Under the pieces are notes generated by a model. The model had not been told where the DNA came from. It worked only from the letters and a program-made list of their open reading frames with translations, and did not search any database. From assembly GCA_963770895.1 (NCBI GenBank), contig CAVYRF010000002.1, positions 1,696,001 through 1,760,000 on the forward strand: a stretch of DNA of 64,000 nucleotides, in the 5' to 3' direction. Positions within the stretch are counted from its first letter, which is position 1, and each line of letters opens with the position of its first letter. Shown here one piece after another: positions 58,601 through 64,000 of the stretch. Origin of the DNA: an uncultured Acidobacteriota bacterium (GTDB lineage: Bacteria; Acidobacteriota; Thermoanaerobaculia; Multivoradales; UBA5704). The position numbers were made by a program, and so were the translations under genes.

Positions 58601-61600
58601 CGACGCCGGTGTCGGCGCCGGCGATGGCCGACGAGCTGCGCGAGCACCTGCGCCGGCTGCTGCCGGACGCGATGGTGCCGTCCGCCTTCGTCATCCTGCC
58701 CAGCCTGCCGCTCACCGCCAACGGCAAGCTCGACGTCAAGGCGCTGGCGCGCCTGCGTCCGGAGCGTGCCGCGGCCCGCGCTGCGGACGAGGCGGACGCG
58801 GCGGCGCGCGGTGCGGCGGCGCTGTCTCCCGGCGCGGAGCTGGTGGCGGGGATCTTCGCCGAAGTCCTCGGCCTGGCGCACGTCGCGGCGGAGGAGAGCT
58901 TCTTCAGCCTGGGCGGCCATTCCCTGCTCGCCATGCAGGCCGCCTCGCGGGTGCAGGCCGTCTTCGGCGTCGAGCTGCCGGTGCGGGCGCTCTTCGAAGC
59001 GCCCACCGCCGCTGGCCTGGCGCGCTGGATCGAGCGTGCGGTCACGGGCGCAGCGGCGGGCGCGGGCGCGCCGGAGCCGCCCCTGACGGCCGGCGCCAGG
59101 CCGGCGCCGCTGCCGCTCTCCTTCGCCCAGGAGCGCCTGTGGTTCCTCGATCGGCTGGCCCCCGGCGAGGCGGTGTACAACGTGCCGGGCGCTCTGCGCC
59201 TGCGCGGCGACCTGGCCGCCGGCGCGCTGGCGGCGGCGCTCGCCCAGCTTGCCGTCCGGCACGAGGCGCTGCGCACCGTGTTCGTCGTGCCGCCGGGAGC
59301 GGCACGGCCGGTGCAGTGCGTGCTGCCGGCGTCCGATCCGGCGTCGGCGCCGGCGGCGCCGCCGGTCACCGAGATCGACCTGGGGGCCCTCACCCCCGCC
59401 GCTGCCGAGCGCGAAGGCCGGCGGCTGCTCGAAGCCGAGGCCGGGCGTCCCTTCGATCTCAGCCGCGGGCCGCTGTGCCGCGCCCTCCTGCTGCGGTTGC
59501 CGCGCCGGCAGCCGCGCGAGAGCCTGCTGCTGGTCAACCTCCATCACATCGTGACCGACGGGTGGTCGCTCGGGGTGCTGTTCGACGACCTGGCGGCGCT
59601 CCTCACCGCCGCGCCGCTGCCGCCGCTGCCGGTGCAGTACGCCGACTACGCGGTGTGGCAGCGGCGGCGCATGCAGGGCGAGCCGCTGGCGCGCTCGCTC
59701 GCCGCCTGGCGCACCCTGCTTGCCGGCGCGCCGCCCACGCTGGACCTGCCGCTCGACCTGCCGCGCCCGCCGCTGCAGACGTTCCGCGGCGGCGTCGTCG
59801 AGATCGATCTGCCCGAGGAGCCGAGCCGCGACCTCCGCCAGCTGGCCCGCCGGGAGGGCGCGACGCTGTTCATGACGCTGCTGGCCGGCCTGGGCGTGGT
59901 GCTCTCCCGCTACAGCGCCCAGGCTCAGGTGGTGATCGGCACGCCGGTCGCCGGCCGCCCGCGCCGCGAGCTGGAACGGCTGATCGGTCTGTTCGTCAAC
60001 ACGCTGGCGCTGCCGGTGGCGGTGGATGAGGCGGAACCCTTCGCCGCGCTCCTGGCCCGCGTCCGCGCCGCCGCGCTCGTCGCCTATGCGCACCAGCAGG
60101 TGCCGTTCGAGCGCCTGGTCGAGGAGCTGGCGCCGCGGCGCGACCTGTCGCGCTCGCCGCTGTTCCAGGTGCTGCTGGCCACCGCCGAGGAGGCGCCGCG
60201 GCCACGGCTTCCCGGCGTCGAGGCCGAGCGCATCCCGCTGCACAACGGCACCGCCAAGTTCGATCTCACCGTGACGCTCGCGGCCGAGCCGCGGCTGCGC
60301 GGCACCATCGAGTACAACCGCGACCTGTTCGACCGCGCCACCGTGCGGCGCCTGGCGGGCAGCCTGGCGACGTTGCTGGGCCGCGTCGCCGCGCACCCCG
60401 AGCAGCGCCTGGCGAGCGCCGGCATGCTGTCCGCGTCCGAGGCGTGGCAGCTGGCCGGCGAGTGGAACGCCGCGGCGAGCCCGGCCGCCGCCTTGGAGCG
60501 CACCGGCACCGCCGATCCGTCCGACCTCTACGGGGTCTTCGCCCGCCAGGCCGCGCGCTCGCCGCGGGCCGAGGCGCTGGTCTGGGGCGAGCAGCGCCTG
60601 ACCTATGGCGAGCTCGCGGCGCGGGCGTCGGGCCTGGCCGCCCTGCTGCGGCGGCGGGGCGTGGGGGCGGAGACGCTGGTCGGGCTCTTCTTGCCGCGCA
60701 CGCCGGCGCTGGTCGAGGCGATGCTGGCGGTGGTCGCGGCGGGGGGCGCCTACGTGCCGCTCGACCCCGCACATCCGCGCGAGCGCCTGGCGCACGTGCT
60801 CGCCGACAGCGGCGCCGTGCTGGTGCTGAGCGATACCGCCCTGGCCGGCCGGCTGCCGCCGGTGACGATGCCGGTCGTCTGCCTCGACGCCCTGCCGCCG
60901 GCCGCGGCGCCCGCCCGGTCGCCGGCGCGCGCTGGCCTGCCGGGGGCCGCGGCCGCCGCCCGCCATCCGGAGCGGCTGACGCACGTGATCTACACGTCGG
61001 GCTCGACCGGCCGGCCGAAAGGGGTGGCGGTGCGCCAGGCCGGCGTGCTGGCCCTGGTCGGCTGGGCGCGCGCGGCGTTCTCCGTCCAGGACCTGGCGGG
61101 AGTCCTGGCCGCGACGCCGATCGGCTTCGACGTGTCGGTCTTCGAGCTCTGGGTCACGCTCTGCCTGGGCGGCCGGGCGATCCTGGTGGAGAACGTCCTG
61201 GCGCTGGCCGACGGGTCGCTCGCCCCGGCCGCGGCGGCGGCGGTGACGCTGATCTGTGCAGTGCCTTCGGCCATGGCCGAGCTGCTCCGTCTGGGGGCGC
61301 TGCCGCCCGCGGTGCGGGTGGTGAACCTGGCTGGCGAGGCGCTGCCGCGCCAGCTGGCGGCGCGGCTCACGGCGCTGCCGGGGATGGCGGCGGTCTACAA
61401 CATCTACGGCCCCACCGAGGACACCACCTATTCGACCTGGGCCCGCGTCCCTGCCCGGCCGGCGCAGGCGCCGCCCATCGGGCGCCCGGTTGCCGGCTCG
61501 CGCGCCTACCTGCTGGACGCGGACCTGCTGCCGGTGCCGCTGGGGGCCATGGGCGAGCTGTGGCTGGGCGGCGCGTCCCTCGCCCGCGGCTATTGGTCCC

Positions 61601-64000
61601 AGCCGGCCTTGACGGCGGAGCGCTTCCGCCCCGACCCCTTCGCCGCGGCGCGGGGGGAGCGCGGCGCCCGCCTCTACCGCACCGGCGACCTGGCGCGCTT
61701 CCGCCACGACGGCGCGCTCGACTACCTGGGCCGCCGCGACCACCAGGTGAAGGTGCGCGGGTTCCGCATCGAGCTGGGAGAGATCGAGGCGGTGCTGCAG
61801 GCGCATCCGCGCGTGGCGCAGGCGGCGGTCGTGGCCCGCGACGACGGGCGCGGCGACCTGCGGCTGGTGGCGTACGTGGCAGGGGCGGCGGGGGACGACC
61901 TGCGCGACTACCTGCGGCAGCGCCTGCCGGGCTACATGGTGCCGGCGGCGTTCGTCCTCCTGGCGGCCCTGCCGCTGACCGCCAGCGGCAAGGTGGACCG
62001 CGGCGCCCTGCCGGAGCCGACCGGCAGCTGGGGCGAAGTGGACGGCAGGCGCGCGCACGTCCCGCCGCGCACGCCGGTCGAAGAGCTGGTCGCCGGGATC
62101 TGGGCCGACCTGCTGGGCATCGAAGAGATCGGCGCCGCCGACGATTTCTTCGCCCTGGGCGGCCATTCGCTGCTCGCCACCCAGCTGGTGTCGCGTCTGC
62201 GCGCGGCGTTCGCGGTGGAGCTGCCGCTGCGCGCCGTGTTCGCCAACCCGACGCTGGCGGCGCTGGCGGCGGCGGTCGACGCGGCGCGCGCCGCGTCCGC
62301 CGGCGGCGAGGGCGAACCGGGGCAGGCGCAGGCGGCCGGCGCCGGGGTCGTGCCGGTGCCGCGCGACGGCAGGGCGCTGCCGCTGTCCTTTGCGCAAGAA
62401 CGGCTGTGGTTCCTGGACCAGCTGGAGCCGGGCGGCGTCGCCTACTCGCTGCCGGTGGCGGCGTGGCTGGCGGGGCCGCTGCGGGTGCCGGCGCTGGCCG
62501 CGGCCCTGGAGTCGGTGGTCGGCCGCCACGAAGCGTTGCGCACGTACTTGCGAATGGGAGTCGCGGCGCCCGAGCAGGTGATCGTGCCGCCGGCGCCGCT
62601 GGCCCTGCCGGTGGCGAGCGTCGAGGCGCTGCCGGCGGCGGTGCGCCAGGACGCGGCGATGCGTCTGGCGGCGGCAGCGGCGGCGCGGCCTTTCGACCTG
62701 GCGCGCGGGCCGCGAGATCCGGCGAGTGCCGGCGGGCCACCGCGGCCTGCCGGCCTGCTGCGGGTGTTGCTGGTGCGGTTGGACGCGGAGCGGCACCTGC
62801 TGGTGCTCAACCTGCACCACGTGGTGAGCGACGGCTGGTCCATGGGGGTGCTGCTGCGCGAGGTGGCGCAGGGGTACGCGGCGTATGCGTCCGGGCGGCG
62901 GCCGGCGCTGCCCGAGCTGCCGGTCCAGTACGCGGACTACGCGATCTGGCAGCGGCAGCGGCTTGCCGGCCAGGTGCTGGATCGCCAGGTGGCCTGGTGG
63001 CGGCAGCGGCTGGCCGGCGCGCCGGCGACGCTGGACCTGCCGGCGGACCGGCGGCGCGGCCTGCTGCCGGTGGCAATCGCGGCCGCGGCAACGGCGGCCG
63101 CTGCCGGCGAGCCGGGCGGCAGCGTGCCGCTGGCGCTGCCGGTGGCCCTGGAAGCCGCATTGCGCGGCGCCGCGGCGCGCGGCGGCGTGACGGTGTTCAT
63201 GCTGCTGCTGGCGGCGTTCCAGGCGTTGGTGGCGCGGCTCGCGGGCCAGGAGCGGGTGGTCGTGGGGTCGCCGATCGCCAATCGCACCCGCCGCGAGATC
63301 GAAGGGTTGATCGGATTTTTCGTCAACACGCTGCCGCTGCCGGCGGACCTGTCGGGCGGCCCGTCGGTGGTGGACTTCCTGGGTCAGGTGCGCGACACGA
63401 CGCTGGGAGCGTACGCCCACCAGGAGGTGCCGCTCGAAAAGCTGGTGGCCGAGCTGGCGCCGGATCGCAGCCTGGGCCGCAACCCGCTTTTCCAGGTAGT
63501 CCTGGCGCTGCAGAACGCGCCCCTGCCGGCGTTCGACCTGGGCGGCCTGCGCCTGGCGCCGGTCGCGTTGCCCACCACGACGGCCAAGTTCGACCTGACG
63601 CTGGCGCTGGCGCCGGGCGCGAGCGGTCTTGGCGGCGCTGCCGGCATGGCCGGCACGCTCGAATACGCGCGCGCCCTCTTCGATCGCGCCACCGCCGGGC
63701 GGCTGGCGGCCAGCTACCTGACCCTGCTGGCGGCGATGGCGTCTGCCCTGGGCGCCGCGGAGGCGCCGGCCGCGCGCGTTGCGGAGCTGCCGCTGCTGTC
63801 GGCGGCCGAGCTGCAGCAGCTGCGGGAGTGGCGTGGCGAAGCCGAGCTTCCGGTGGCGCCGGAGGCGGGGCGCGAGACGATCGCATCGCTGTTTGCGGCG
63901 CAGGCGGCGCGCACGCCGGACGCGGTGGCGGTGGCTGCGGCCGGCGGGGGCGATGTCAGCGGTGTCGGCGATGTGCGCGATGTCCGCAGCGAGGCGGTGA
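55669..64000 (+). CDS. Non-ribosomal peptide synthetase, 5' part (C-A-T-C-A-T-C-start of A); runs off the window
   Basis: Open frame from ATG 55669, absent from the ORF track because it has no stop. C motifs HHMVADFWS, HHIVTDGWS, HHVVSDGWS; A3 YTSGSTG twice; T-domain GGHSL at ~58915 and ~62160. Confidence 0.95.
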   Translation, partial: MTPQKHLPGGALRKDSTESIRREPFSSTSNQPRPRPADLPADLSQGERSLWFVHHLAPETGAYNIAAAARVCTAVDSGALEQAFQGLVDRHAALRTRFPELDGAPRRQVAAKARVAFVRQDVAALSRDQLRERLAEEAWRPFDLRRGPLLRVTLFEGDPHGPVLLLVVHHMVADFWSLAILVRELPALYGQAACGRPAELPPPGLPYEEHARAERETLASPRGPALLAFWRQQLAGLRTLDLPLDRPRPAVQTFRGDCVRLRLPGPLTEGLRAWSRRRHATPFMAFTAAFQTLLSRHAGQTDLAIGAPRAGRSQSQFAGTVGYFVNPVVLRGDLAGDPTFAQLLERTRTMVQAAFAHGDCPLPLLVEHLEPLRDASRTPLFQVSLVMQKETRGVAGLTAFALGEAGIEVGTDDLRLASLSLDRPPAPFDLQLHAVERQGSLSLALQHNADLFDRTTAARWLERLAALVAGVVADPERPLSALPLLSAAERHQLLREWNDSARPLPAAAPATLHGLFAAQAARTPNAVALVANSANAANAAADASSPAAARWTYGELDRWSDHLARRLASLGVGPEVRVGVCLPRTPLLVASLLAVLKAGGAYVPLLPDHPADRLDFLLRDSGAAVLLTERRLAARFPAAAGGATPRVKLLLVAPPRGRNQRRWRRAPAVGSGNLAYVMYTSGSTGSPKGVAIEHRSAVAFARWARMVFAPAELAGVLAATSIAFDLSVFELFVTLAWGGKVVLAADAFALPRLAAAGEVVLLNSVPSIVAELARQGALPRSVRTINLAGEPLKRSLVQTLRDASAASRVLNLYGPSETTTYSTWAPAPFDEGREPAIGRPIAGSRAVLLGRSGEPVPVGVPGELLLGGAGLARGYLNRPDLTAERFVPDPFPSAADGAAGGRLYRTGDLARWLPDGRLDYLGRIDAQIKLRGIRIEPGEIEHALGRHAAVRAAAVLLRDDLPGGAGLVAYVASSLAPPTPVSAPAMADELREHLRRLLPDAMVPSAFVILPSLPLTANGKLDVKALARLRPERAAARAADEADAAARGAAALSPGAELVAGIFAEVLGLAHVAAEESFFSLGGHSLLAMQAASRVQAVFGVELPVRALFEAPTAAGLARWIERAVTGAAAGAGAPEPPLTAGARPAPLPLSFAQERLWFLDRLAPGEAVYNVPGALRLRGDLAAGALAAALAQLAVRHEALRTVFVVPPGAARPVQCVLPASDPASAPAAPPVTEIDLGALTPAAAEREGRRLLEAEAGRPFDLSRGPLCRALLLRLPRRQPRESLLLVNLHHIVTDGWSLGVLFDDLAALLTAAPLPPLPVQYADYAVWQRRRMQGEPLARSLAAWRTLLAGAPPTLDLPLDLPRPPLQTFRGGVVEIDLPEEPSRDLRQLARREGATLFMTLLAGLGVVLSRYSAQAQVVIGTPVAGRPRRELERLIGLFVNTLALPVAVDEAEPFAALLARVRAAALVAYAHQQVPFERLVEELAPRRDLSRSPLFQVLLATAEEAPRPRLPGVEAERIPLHNGTAKFDLTVTLAAEPRLRGTIEYNRDLFDRATVRRLAGSLATLLGRVAAHPEQRLASAGMLSASEAWQLAGEWNAAASPAAALERTGTADPSDLYGVFARQAARSPRAEALVWGEQRLTYGELAARASGLAALLRRRGVGAETLVGLFLPRTPALVEAMLAVVAAGGAYVPLDPAHPRERLAHVLADSGAVLVLSDTALAGRLPPVTMPVVCLDALPPAAAPARSPARAGLPGAAAAARHPERLTHVIYTSGSTGRPKGVAVRQAGVLALVGWARAAFSVQDLAGVLAATPIGFDVSVFELWVTLCLGGRAILVENVLALADGSLAPAAAAAVTLICAVPSAMAELLRLGALPPAVRVVNLAGEALPRQLAARLTALPGMAAVYNIYGPTEDTTYSTWARVPARPAQAPPIGRPVAGSRAYLLDADLLPVPLGAMGELWLGGASLARGYWSQPALTAERFRPDPFAAARGERGARLYRTGDLARFRHDGALDYLGRRDHQVKVRGFRIELGEIEAVLQAHPRVAQAAVVARDDGRGDLRLVAYVAGAAGDDLRDYLRQRLPGYMVPAAFVLLAALPLTASGKVDRGALPEPTGSWGEVDGRRAHVPPRTPVEELVAGIWADLLGIEEIGAADDFFALGGHSLLATQLVSRLRAAFAVELPLRAVFANPTLAALAAAVDAARAASAGGEGEPGQAQAAGAGVVPVPRDGRALPLSFAQERLWFLDQLEPGGVAYSLPVAAWLAGPLRVPALAAALESVVGRHEALRTYLRMGVAAPEQVIVPPAPLALPVASVEALPAAVRQDAAMRLAAAAAARPFDLARGPRDPASAGGPPRPAGLLRVLLVRLDAERHLLVLNLHHVVSDGWSMGVLLREVAQGYAAYASGRRPALPELPVQYADYAIWQRQRLAGQVLDRQVAWWRQRLAGAPATLDLPADRRRGLLPVAIAAAATAAAAGEPGGSVPLALPVALEAALRGAAARGGVTVFMLLLAAFQALVARLAGQERVVVGSPIANRTRREIEGLIGFFVNTLPLPADLSGGPSVVDFLGQVRDTTLGAYAHQEVPLEKLVAELAPDRSLGRNPLFQVVLALQNAPLPAFDLGGLRLAPVALPTTTAKFDLTLALAPGASGLGGAAGMAGTLEYARALFDRATAGRLAASYLTLLAAMASALGAAEAPAARVAELPLLSAAELQQLREWRGEAELPVAPEAGRETIASLFAAQAARTPDAVAVAAAGGGDVSGVGDVRDVRSEAV

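Noticed and set aside
55687-63420. 2577-aa minus-strand ORF
   Set aside because: Antisense shadow of the + strand NRPS; no motifs, and typical of high-GC codon bias

Overview
High-GC bacterial chromosomal window, most likely Acidobacteriota (Thermoanaerobaculia-like). This is inferred from four ATPase-less ADOP-type duplicated permeases, an acidobacterial PadR and a lineage-typical secreted domain. Housekeeping genes (RNase E/G, M16 peptidase pair, HtrA, ubiX, mqnP/ubiA, mqnE, deoxynucleoside kinase, panB, panC, thiG, udgX) alternate with accessory cargo. The cargo includes a DprA+PRTase pair, two VapBC-type TA pairs, a frameshifted integrase relic bracketed by a 17-bp direct repeat, a 161-bp MITE-like palindrome, secreted beta-propeller and glycosidase-like proteins, a NDT/TIR-like-DUF4071 + caspase operon, and the first 8.3 kb of an NRPS that runs off the window end. 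The most striking observation is a small SEC-C zinc-knuckle gene (34561-34812). It yields a complete protein only through three successive +1 frameshifts, each at the same CGC-TTT-(T/C) Arg-Phe site, and returns to its starting frame. All calls come from manual motif reading; no searches were run.
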